Assembly: GCA_050174015.1 (NCBI GenBank)
Contig: JBFXKG010000003.1
Span: forward strand, 128,001 to 192,000
Direction of reading: 5' to 3'
From: Candidatus Krumholzibacteriia bacterium
GTDB taxonomy: Bacteria; Krumholzibacteriota; Krumholzibacteriia; LZORAL124-64-63
DNA: 64,000 nucleotides
The position numbers were made by a program, and so were the translations under genes. Numbering within the stretch: the first letter of the stretch is position 1; the number at the start of each line of letters is the position of its first letter. Below the pieces are notes generated by a model, which worked only from the letters and a program-made list of their open reading frames with translations, made no database searches and was not told the origin of the DNA. Positions 38,537 to 46,656 of this stretch are shown one piece after another.

Positions 38537-39897
38537 GGCACGTTCCTTTCGGGATCCTCTTCGAGGATCGCTCCGTTCGATCCGATCACCTCGCGGTAGA
38601 ACCGCCCGCTGTCCTTCAGGGTCCGGTCCTGCGTGACCGGGTCCACCCGGTACAGCCCGAACCGCTTGGCGTAGCCGCAGGCCCACTCGAAGTTGTCCAG
38701 CAGGGACCAGGCCAGGTAGCCCCGCAGGTCCACCCCGGCGGCGATGGCCTCGCGCGCGGCCAGCAGGTGGCGGCGCAAATAGTCCACCCTCAAGACGTCG
38801 GGGATCCGCCCATCGGCAGCGGGCTCCGGATCGACGAACGCCGCACCGTTCTCGGTGATGTACACCGGAGGGTTGCCGTAGCGGTCCTTGATCCAGGTGA
38901 GCACGCGCACGAGGCTGGCCGGATGGACCTCCCAGCCCAGTTCCGTGTACACCGCGCCCGGCTGCCGCACGGGGGACGCGCCCACGGGTACGGCGGCTGG
39001 ATCGTGCCGGTTCACCGACCGGGTGTAGTAGTTCAGGCCGATGAAGTCGACGGGTTCGCCGATCAGGGCGAAGTCGTCGGCGGGAAAATCGGGCCACCGG
39101 GCGCCGAAGATCTCCGCCATCTCCAGCGGGTAGCGGCCGAGCAGGAGCGGATCCAGGTACTGCCGGTTCATGTAGGCGTCCGCGCGCCGGGTGGCCGCCA
39201 GGTCGGCGGGAGAGTCCGTCGCGGGATCCTTGGGTTCCAGGTTCACCACGATGCCGATGCGGCCGCGCCCCTGGGCGCGGAAGCAGCGCACCGCCTGGCC
39301 GTGGGCCCGCAGCAGGTTGTGGGTGGCCAGGGGTGCAGCGGCCAGATCCTTCAGCCCGGGCGGATGCACGCCGTGCACGTAGCCCGCATCCACCACGACC
39401 CAGGGTTCGTTCTGCGTCGCCCACAGGTCCACGCGGTCCCCCAGGCGCCCGAAGACCACGCCGGCGTAATCGGCGAACCAGTCGGCGCTGTCGCGGTTCC
39501 GCCAGCCGCCCCGCTCATCCAGCGCGGCCGGCAGGTCCCAGTGGAACAGGGTGGGGACGGGCTGGATGCCCGAGGCCATCAGCCGGTCCACCAGACGGTC
39601 GTAGAAGTCCAGTCCGGCCGCGTTGACCGTGCCCGTGCCCTGGGGAAGGATGCGGCTCCAGGAGAGGCTGAAGCGGTAGGCCTGCAGGCCCAGGTCGCGC
39701 ATCAGGCGGACGTCTTCGCGCCAGCGCCGGTAGTGGTCGCAGGCCACGTCCCCGTTCTCGCCGTTGGGTGTACGCCCCTTCTCGTGCGTGAAGAGGTGCC
39801 AGTTGCTCGGACCGGCCCCGTCGGCCAGGGGCGAGCCCTCGATCTGGTAGGCGGACGTGGCCGCTCCCCAGAGGAATCCCCGCGGGAATCCTGCCAT
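38533..39897 (-). CDS. GH1 beta-glucosidase (cytoplasmic)
   Basis: FLWGAATSAYQIEG, YRFSLSWSRI, NEP (acid/base), YITENG (nucleophile), WSLLDNFEW. Confidence 0.95.
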   Translation of the reverse strand: MAGFPRGFLWGAATSAYQIEGSPLADGAGPSNWHLFTHEKGRTPNGENGDVACDHYRRWREDVRLMRDLGLQAYRFSLSWSRILPQGTGTVNAAGLDFYDRLVDRLMASGIQPVPTLFHWDLPAALDERGGWRNRDSADWFADYAGVVFGRLGDRVDLWATQNEPWVVVDAGYVHGVHPPGLKDLAAAPLATHNLLRAHGQAVRCFRAQGRGRIGIVVNLEPKDPATDSPADLAATRRADAYMNRQYLDPLLLGRYPLEMAEIFGARWPDFPADDFALIGEPVDFIGLNYYTRSVNRHDPAAVPVGASPVRQPGAVYTELGWEVHPASLVRVLTWIKDRYGNPPVYITENGAAFVDPEPAADGRIPDVLRVDYLRRHLLAAREAIAAGVDLRGYLAWSLLDNFEWACGYAKRFGLYRVDPVTQDRTLKDSGRFYREVIGSNGAILEEDPERNVP

Positions 39898-39902
39898 GAC
39901 GC

Positions 39903-42900
39903 TCACTTCTTCCGCGTTCCGAGGACCAGGGTGATGGAATGGGTGCGGCCGTCCCGGACCAGGGGGGCGCGGGCGCCGGAGCCCTCGAGGGGGAGCGGTG
40001 CGCCGTCCAGTTCGGCCCGGACGACACGCTCGCTGCACCGGTCGGGATTGGTCACGGTGATCTCGTAGCGGGTCCCGGCGGAGCCCGGCACGCGCCAGGA
40101 CAGGGTGTAGCCGGGCCAGGCGTCGGGGACGCAGGGCACAAGCCGCAGGGAGTCCCCTTCGGGCTGCAAACCGAGGATGGATTCCAGGGCCACCCTCAGC
40201 ATCCAGCCGGAGGAACCGGTGTACCAGGTCCAGCCGCCGCGCCCGATGTGGGGCTCGGCGCCGTAGACGTCGGCCGCCACGACGTAGGGCTCCACCTGAT
40301 AGCGGGCGACCTGTTCGGGCGTGGCCGAGTGGAGCACCGGATTCAGCAGGTCGAGGAGGGCCGCGGCGCGGTTGCGCCGGCCCAGCTTCGCCATGGCCCG
40401 CACCACCCACAGGGCGGCGTGGGTGTACTGGCCGCCGTTCTCCCGGACGCCGGCCACGTAGCCCTTGATGTAGCCGGGGTCGTGGGCGGTGTCGACGAAC
40501 GGCGGGGTCAGCAGGCGGATCAGCCGGGCCTCGTCGTCGATGAGGTGTTCCTCGACCGCGTTCATCACACCGGCGGCCCGCTCGGGGGAGGCCACGTCCG
40601 AAAGCACGGACCAGGCCTGGGCCAGGGCGTCGATGCGGCATTCTCTGTTGCCGCTGCTGCCCAGCGGCGTCCCGTCGTCGTAGTAGCCCCGCCGGTACCA
40701 GGCGCCGTCCCAGCCGGTCTCGTTCAGGGTCCGGGCCAGATGGTCGCGGTGGGCGCGGTACCGGGCGGCGCGCTCGCGGTCGCCGCGCGCCTCGCACACC
40801 GGGGCGAACCCGTCGATGATCACCGCCAGGAAGAAGCCCATCCACACGCTCTCGCCGCGGCCCTCGCGGCCCACGCGGTTCATGCCGTCGTTCCAGTCGC
40901 CGGTCCCGAACAGGGGCAGGCCGTGGGCGCCGACCGCCAGCGACCGGTCGAGGGCCCGGCAGCAGTGCTCGTACACAGACGCCGATTCGCCCGAGAGCTG
41001 CGGCTCCAGGAAGACCTCGTCCTGCCCCGGCTCGAGCAGGGGCGCCTGCAGGAAAGGCGCATCCTCGTCCAGCACGGACCGGTCGCCCGTGGCGCGGACG
41101 TAATCCACCACCGCGAACGGCAGCCACAGGAGGTCGTCGGCGAAGCGGGTGCGGATGCCCCGGCTCACCGGCGGATGCCACCAGTGCAGGACGTCCCCCT
41201 CGCGGAACTGGTGCCCGGCGTGAAGGACGATCTGGCGGCGGGTCAGTTCGGGCCACAGGGCGGTCAGGGACAGCGAGTCCTGGAGCTGGTCCCGGAAACC
41301 GAACGCCCCGCCGGACTGGTAGAAGGCCGACCGGCCCCGGATGCGGCAGGCCAGGGTCTGGTAGCCCAGCCAGCCGTTGACCATGAGGTCCAGGGCGGGC
41401 GAAGGGGTCTGCACCCGGATGCCGTCGAGCCCCTCTCGCCAGAAATCACTCGCCTGTCGGTACTGCTCCTCGACGGCGCCCGGCCTGGCCCATCTCGCGG
41501 CCAGCGCGGCGGCGGCCTCGGGATCGGACGCCTCGCCCAGCAGGAAGGTCACCTCGACGGTGGCGCCCGCCGGCGCCTCCAGGTCGGTCTGGAGAGAGAA
41601 GCAGGGGTCCAGGTCCCGGCCGGTGCGGCCGTCGATGGGACCGTTGGCCAGGCCGGCAGGCAGGGCGGGGTCGAGATCGGGGCCCAGGAAGGAGCCCCGA
41701 TCGGCGGTGTGGAAGACGGCCGCGCCGTCCGGAACGATCGCCCGGGCGAAGGCGGCACGTGAGGCGAATTCCCCCGCGGCGGGATTGCGGGCGATCAGGA
41801 GCCCGGGATCCGAAAGGTAAGCCGTCGCGACGTGCGGAGGGGTCCGGTCGGGCGAACCGCCGAGTACCAGCTGGTCGTAGGCGAACAGGGACAGGCTGCG
41901 GGGGCTGCCGCCCCGATTGGTCACCCGGATCCGTGCGGCGCGGACCGGTTCGGTCTTCGCGACGAAGACCAGGGTCTCGATCTCGAGGTCGCGGAGAGGG
42001 CCTGCGTCCGGCGTCCGGAGACAGCGGCTGTACCCCAGGCCGTGGCGCATCTCGTAACGGCCACCGGCGGGGATGGGCCCGGGCAGGCAGGAACAGTAGG
42101 CGCCGGACCCGTTGTCGCGCAGGTACAGCGCCTGGCCGTGGGGATCGAGAACCGGATCGTTGAACCAGGGGGTGAGCCGGTGTTCGCGGCTGTTGCCGCT
42201 CCAGGTGCAACCGGCGCCGGTCTCGCTGACGATGCAGCCCAATTCCTCGTTGGCCAGGACGTTGGTCCAGGGGCAGGGGGGAACCCGCAGGGTGCCGTCC
42301 GGCCGGCATTCCAGACGGATGACGTATTCCCGGGCCTCGGCCGCGAAGCCCCCGAATCCGTTGTAGAACTGCAGCGCGGCCCCCCCGGGGGGGGCCGCTT
42401 TCCGGGTCGTTTCCCCTTCAGCCGCGATCCGTGGAGGGTTTGAAACCGATTTCAAGGGGAATCGGCCTGCCTCGCACAAGCCCGCCCCGGCCACCAGGCC
42501 GATCGCCTCCCTGCGGTCGGGGGCGACGCCCAGCAGGAATGTCAGGGTGGCCGAGGCCTCCGGCTCCAGGCGCACCTCCCGCCGCAGGCTCACGACCGGA
42601 TCCAGGACGTTGCCGACGGTGCCGCTCAGCGGGAACCGGGACAGGAGGGCTGCCGGACGGGCCGGGTGCCTGCCGCGGCCGAAGAACCGAGCCCGGTCGG
42701 TCTCCCATTCCACCGGCCCGGCGACCGATCCGGGCGATACCAGGGGTTCCGGACCCAGGAGAGCGTGGACCACGACGGGGTGGCTCTCGTCGGCGCCCCG
42801 GGGCCTGCGGCGCACCAGCAGCAGGCCCGCCCCTTCCCCGGGAACGTATTCGGTCTGGAGGAAGAGCTTGGAGAAGACGGGATGGGAGGCGTGGGCGTCA

Positions 42901-43358
42901 GGATGGTTCAGGACCACCTCGGCCAGGGAGGTCACCTCCAGGTGGCGGGGAGCGTCCGTCCCGTTGGTCAGGGTCAGCCGCCGGATCTCGCAGGGGAGGC
43001 CGGGGGCCAGGGTCACCTCCATGCGGACGGCGATCCCGTCGCGATCGTCCAGGAGGGTGATCCGGCCGGCCTCGTTCCGGCAGGCCACATGACCCGGATC
43101 GTCTCCCAGGGCCCGGAAACGGCCGGTTTCGCGGTCCCTGACGAAAAACAGCAGGCCCTCCCGGGTCCGGCCGCCGTCGGCGGTCCGGTGGGTCAGGGCG
43201 ATGGGGGAGGCGGGGTCCTCCAGCAGGGAGGATCCGGAGCCGTCCGGTCCGACATCCACCCGGTAGCGGCGGCCCCCGGGGAGGTCCTGCGCCAGGGTGG
43301 CCGAAGGAATTCCGGACTTTCCCGCGGGGCTGTTTGGCGATCCGTCAAAAATCCGCAC
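39903..43358 (-). CDS. GH94 glycoside phosphorylase resembling the C-terminal phosphorylase of cyclic beta-1,2-glucan synthase (putative 1,2-beta-oligoglucan phosphorylase)
   Basis: Two N-terminal supersandwich-like units (HPVFSKLF, ETDRARFFGR; PWTNVLAN, NSREHRLTPWFND); YQSGGAFGFRDQLQD, GDWNDGMN, RENGGQYTH, WYTGSSGW; AAGGAG RBS before GTG. Confidence 0.88.
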   Translation of the reverse strand: MRIFDGSPNSPAGKSGIPSATLAQDLPGGRRYRVDVGPDGSGSSLLEDPASPIALTHRTADGGRTREGLLFFVRDRETGRFRALGDDPGHVACRNEAGRITLLDDRDGIAVRMEVTLAPGLPCEIRRLTLTNGTDAPRHLEVTSLAEVVLNHPDAHASHPVFSKLFLQTEYVPGEGAGLLLVRRRPRGADESHPVVVHALLGPEPLVSPGSVAGPVEWETDRARFFGRGRHPARPAALLSRFPLSGTVGNVLDPVVSLRREVRLEPEASATLTFLLGVAPDRREAIGLVAGAGLCEAGRFPLKSVSNPPRIAAEGETTRKAAPPGGAALQFYNGFGGFAAEAREYVIRLECRPDGTLRVPPCPWTNVLANEELGCIVSETGAGCTWSGNSREHRLTPWFNDPVLDPHGQALYLRDNGSGAYCSCLPGPIPAGGRYEMRHGLGYSRCLRTPDAGPLRDLEIETLVFVAKTEPVRAARIRVTNRGGSPRSLSLFAYDQLVLGGSPDRTPPHVATAYLSDPGLLIARNPAAGEFASRAAFARAIVPDGAAVFHTADRGSFLGPDLDPALPAGLANGPIDGRTGRDLDPCFSLQTDLEAPAGATVEVTFLLGEASDPEAAAALAARWARPGAVEEQYRQASDFWREGLDGIRVQTPSPALDLMVNGWLGYQTLACRIRGRSAFYQSGGAFGFRDQLQDSLSLTALWPELTRRQIVLHAGHQFREGDVLHWWHPPVSRGIRTRFADDLLWLPFAVVDYVRATGDRSVLDEDAPFLQAPLLEPGQDEVFLEPQLSGESASVYEHCCRALDRSLAVGAHGLPLFGTGDWNDGMNRVGREGRGESVWMGFFLAVIIDGFAPVCEARGDRERAARYRAHRDHLARTLNETGWDGAWYRRGYYDDGTPLGSSGNRECRIDALAQAWSVLSDVASPERAAGVMNAVEEHLIDDEARLIRLLTPPFVDTAHDPGYIKGYVAGVRENGGQYTHAALWVVRAMAKLGRRNRAAALLDLLNPVLHSATPEQVARYQVEPYVVAADVYGAEPHIGRGGWTWYTGSSGWMLRVALESILGLQPEGDSLRLVPCVPDAWPGYTLSWRVPGSAGTRYEITVTNPDRCSERVVRAELDGAPLPLEGSGARAPLVRDGRTHSITLVLGTRKK
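42440..42455. promoter_or_regulatory. Intragenic LacI-type operator TTGAAACCGATTTCAA
   Basis: AT-rich near-palindrome in the GH94 interdomain linker; matches the 43462 operator. Confidence 0.55.
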
Positions 43359-43441
43359 GCTTGGCTCCTTGCCCTCACCTGGTGTCTTCGGGCGAACGGC
43401 GGTATGCTAAGTCCATCAAGGACGATTTGTCAAAGAAGGGC

Positions 43442-43476
43442 TTGACAGGTTTCCGGATTTATGAAACCGTTTACAT
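43442..43476 (+). promoter_or_regulatory. TTGACA -35 element plus LacI-type operator ATGAAACCGTTTACAT in the GH94/lacI divergent region
   Basis: TTGACA at 43442-43447; TGAAACCGTTTACA at 43462-43475 has the central CG typical of LacI/GalR operators; no clear -10 identified. Confidence 0.72.
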
Positions 43477-43565
43477 CGCGCCGTGCGATGGACCGTGGCG
43501 GCAAATACCTGTTCGATCGCGCCGAACCGAGGAAGGGTCGGGGGATCCCAACCGGAGCAGACCTT

Positions 43566-44663
43566 GTGGCCACCATTCGGGACGTAGCCCGCGCTGCCGG
43601 AGTATCCATCGCCACCGTGTCCCGGGTCTACAACAACCAGGATCTGGTCAACGCGGACACCGCCGAGCGCATCCTCAAGATCGCCGCCGAACTCGATTAC
43701 TGGCCCAATCCCACCGCCCAGAGCCTGACCACCCGGCGCACCCAGACCTTCGGGGTCCTCCTGCCCGACCTTTTCGGCGAGTTCTATTCCGAGGTGATCC
43801 GGGGCATCGACCTGGCCGCCCGACGGGTCGGCTACCAGATCCTGCTGTCCAGTTCCCACTCCAATCACGAGGACGTGCTCATGGCCAGCCGGGCCATGCT
43901 GGGCCGGATCGACGGCGTGATCATGATGGCGCCGGACGAGATCTCCATCGACACCGTCGCCAGGGTGAGGGACCGGGTCCCGGTGGTCCTGCTCAATCCC
44001 CGGACCCCGGTGGAGGGGTGCCATTCGGTGGCTGTGGACAACTTCCACGGGGCCAAGGCCGCCGTCGCCCACCTGATCGACCTGGGGCACCGGGACGTCG
44101 CCATGATCACCGGGCCGGAGGGCAACGGCGACGCCGAGGATCGATTGCGGGGGTTCCGGGAGGCCCTCGCCGAGGCGGGAATCGACCCCGACGCGGCGCT
44201 CGTCATCCCCGGCGACTTCCGGGAGACCACGGGATTCGGCGCGGGAGAGGTCCTGCTCGGGCGCCGGCCCCGCCCGACGGCCGTCTTCGCGGCCAACGAC
44301 AGCACGGCCATCGGCCTGATGGCGGCCCTGCGGGTGGCCGGCTGCAGGGTGCCCGAGGACGTCGCGGTGGTCGGTTTCGACAACGTGACCATCGCGGGCT
44401 ACCTGAATCCCGCCCTGACCACCGTCCACGTGGACGCCTGCGGCCTGGGCGGCCGGGCCGTCGATCTGATGATGGCCGCCCTGGAAGCGGGCGCGCAGGA
44501 CCTGCCCCGGCACCAGGTCATCCAGGCGGTCCTGAAGGTCAGGCAATCGTGCGGGGCCCAGAAGGCTCCCGCCTTGAAACGACATTCGGCGGACGGACCC
44601 GCCGGCGACGATGTGGACATCCGAGGAGAAACACCCCTTCGTTCTGGAGGAGATCCGTCATGA
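43566..44663 (+). CDS. LacI-family transcriptional regulator
   Basis: ATIRDVARAAGVSIATVSRVYN, HLIDLGHR, VFAANDSTAIG, VPEDVAVVGFDN. Confidence 0.95.
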   Translation: MATIRDVARAAGVSIATVSRVYNNQDLVNADTAERILKIAAELDYWPNPTAQSLTTRRTQTFGVLLPDLFGEFYSEVIRGIDLAARRVGYQILLSSSHSNHEDVLMASRAMLGRIDGVIMMAPDEISIDTVARVRDRVPVVLLNPRTPVEGCHSVAVDNFHGAKAAVAHLIDLGHRDVAMITGPEGNGDAEDRLRGFREALAEAGIDPDAALVIPGDFRETTGFGAGEVLLGRRPRPTAVFAANDSTAIGLMAALRVAGCRVPEDVAVVGFDNVTIAGYLNPALTTVHVDACGLGGRAVDLMMAALEAGAQDLPRHQVIQAVLKVRQSCGAQKAPALKRHSADGPAGDDVDIRGETPLRSGGDPS

Positions 44664-46552
44664 AGACACTGTTGACGATCCTGGTCGCCCTGGCCTTCAC
44701 GGCCTGCCTGGCGACGCCATCCGCCCAGGCCGCGGCTCCCCGCGAGGACGCCGTCTGGGCGCGCACGGCCTTGAATCCCATCACCCTGGACGGGGTGCTC
44801 GACGAGGCGGACTGGGCCCAGGCCGAAACCTGGGTCATCGAATACGCCGTCGACGCCGGCATTCCCGGCAGCGGCTGGAAGACCGAGAGCGGCTGGAATC
44901 CCATCGACCCCACGCACGCGACGCTGAAGTTCCTCGTCCACGGCAACCAACTCTACCTGGGCGCCGTGGTGCAGGACAAGTCCATCGGCGGCAGCACCCA
45001 GTTCAACCGGTTCGACGGATTCCTGATGGGTCTCAAGGACCACACCATCGCCGGGGCGCCCAAGCCCGTGGCGGAATACTTCTATTCCTGGTGGCACGAC
45101 GAGCTGACCGACCCGCAGCCAGTGGGCACGATGCCGGGCTTCATCGGAGCCTGGGCCGAACTGCCCCACGGGGCGCCGCGCACGCCCGAGCAGATCGACG
45201 CCTGGGACGCCGTGACGGTGGTGGACGGCGTGACCAACGACGACTCGGTCGACGACGTGGGCTACACCGTCGAGATGCGGTTCAACCTCGATCCCATGGG
45301 CTACGACGTGACCCAGCCGGGCGGCGACGTGGTGGAATGGAACATCTCCATCTACGACTGCGACTGGTTCTGGCCCATCAGCGTCACTTCCTTCAGCTCC
45401 AACCGCGTCTGGTGGCAGGGGCCCTGGGGGAACGCCTCCTGGTACAACGAGGTGCGGATCTTCGCCAGCCCCGACGTGACCACCGCCTCGGGCCCGGCCC
45501 CGGCGATCGACCCGGAAATGGTGATCCCGGAGCTGAGCGGACAGCCCGTCATCGACGGCAGCCTGTCCGAACCCGTCTGGACCGATCCTTCGGTCTACAC
45601 CTTCGACATCCGCTGGGACGGCGGTGACGCGCTGCTGGACACCTACGACGGGGTGGGCCCCTTCCGGTCGGGCCAGTTCCAGCCCACGGTCAACGGCGGC
45701 GAGGCCTTCGTGGCGGATCCCGCCGACGCGACGGTGAAGGTCTACCACCGCGGCGACATCCTCTACATGGGCTTCGAAGTCCGCGACGCCGTCGTCCAGT
45801 ACCATCCCGACCTGAACCGGTGGGACGGCTTCATCGTCACCATCGACGACCGGGTCGAACTGGGTTCGGACAACACCGCGCTGACCAGGCGCCTGTCCTT
45901 CCAGGTCGGGGACGCCGGCCAGGCGGTGGCCCAGGACGACCTGCTCAGCTTCGTGACCGCCGGCGACGCGGAGGTCGCCGTCGCCCTGATGGCCGGGACC
46001 ACGGTGGACACGCTGGGGACGCAAGCGGACACCGGCTACACCGCCGAGCTGGCCCTGGACCTCAAGAGCCTGGGCTATCCCGCCGGGCTGGGGGACGGCG
46101 CCTTCTTCTTCGCGGTCAACCACCTCGACGGCGATTCGTTCATCCCCATCACCGACAGCTACGGCACGCGCACCTGGTGGTACCGGGAGTTCCCCGGCGT
46201 CTGCTGCCCGGCCTGGGCCCATCTGGAGTCCAGCCTGAGCGGCGTGCCGGGTTCCGACGAGACCCGCCCCGGCTACGCCACGGTCACCGGCGGCAGCGGT
46301 CCGTCCTCCCGTCCGGAGATCCGGTTCGCCATGCCGGACCGCAACCTGGTGGCCCTGGAGGTCTACGACCTGCGCGGCATGCTCGTCGAAAGGCGCACCC
46401 TGGGCGCCCTGGAGGCGGGCGAGAACAGCGTGAGCCTGTTCTCGTCGCGGCGATCGAGCGCGGGAGTGTACATGTACCGCCTGCGGATGATCGATCCGGC
46501 CACGGGTACGACCCGGGGGGTCCTGACGGGCAAGACCCTGCTCATCAAGTAG
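44660..46552 (+). CDS. Secreted protein with two CBM9-like sugar-binding domains and a T9SS-like CTD
   Basis: Signal peptide; ITLDGVLDEADW and PVIDGSLSEPVW domain starts; GYTVEMRF/GYTAELAL; tail LEVYDLRG...SAGVYMYRL...LLIK. Confidence 0.72.
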   Translation: MKTLLTILVALAFTACLATPSAQAAAPREDAVWARTALNPITLDGVLDEADWAQAETWVIEYAVDAGIPGSGWKTESGWNPIDPTHATLKFLVHGNQLYLGAVVQDKSIGGSTQFNRFDGFLMGLKDHTIAGAPKPVAEYFYSWWHDELTDPQPVGTMPGFIGAWAELPHGAPRTPEQIDAWDAVTVVDGVTNDDSVDDVGYTVEMRFNLDPMGYDVTQPGGDVVEWNISIYDCDWFWPISVTSFSSNRVWWQGPWGNASWYNEVRIFASPDVTTASGPAPAIDPEMVIPELSGQPVIDGSLSEPVWTDPSVYTFDIRWDGGDALLDTYDGVGPFRSGQFQPTVNGGEAFVADPADATVKVYHRGDILYMGFEVRDAVVQYHPDLNRWDGFIVTIDDRVELGSDNTALTRRLSFQVGDAGQAVAQDDLLSFVTAGDAEVAVALMAGTTVDTLGTQADTGYTAELALDLKSLGYPAGLGDGAFFFAVNHLDGDSFIPITDSYGTRTWWYREFPGVCCPAWAHLESSLSGVPGSDETRPGYATVTGGSGPSSRPEIRFAMPDRNLVALEVYDLRGMLVERRTLGALEAGENSVSLFSSRRSSAGVYMYRLRMIDPATGTTRGVLTGKTLLIK

Positions 46553-46565
46553 GATGCGATGGGAC

Positions 46566-46593
46566 GTCCGGGAGGCCGAGGGGCCTCCCGGAC
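46566..46593 (+). promoter_or_regulatory. Perfect 12-bp intergenic hairpin
   Basis: GTCCGGGAGGCC-gagg-GGCCTCCCGGAC; no U tract. Confidence 0.55.
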
Positions 46594-46656
46594 TCCCGGA
46601 AGATCGAGGCGAGAACCGGAGGCGAGTTCCAGGTGACACGACGCGAGGCGAAAGCG

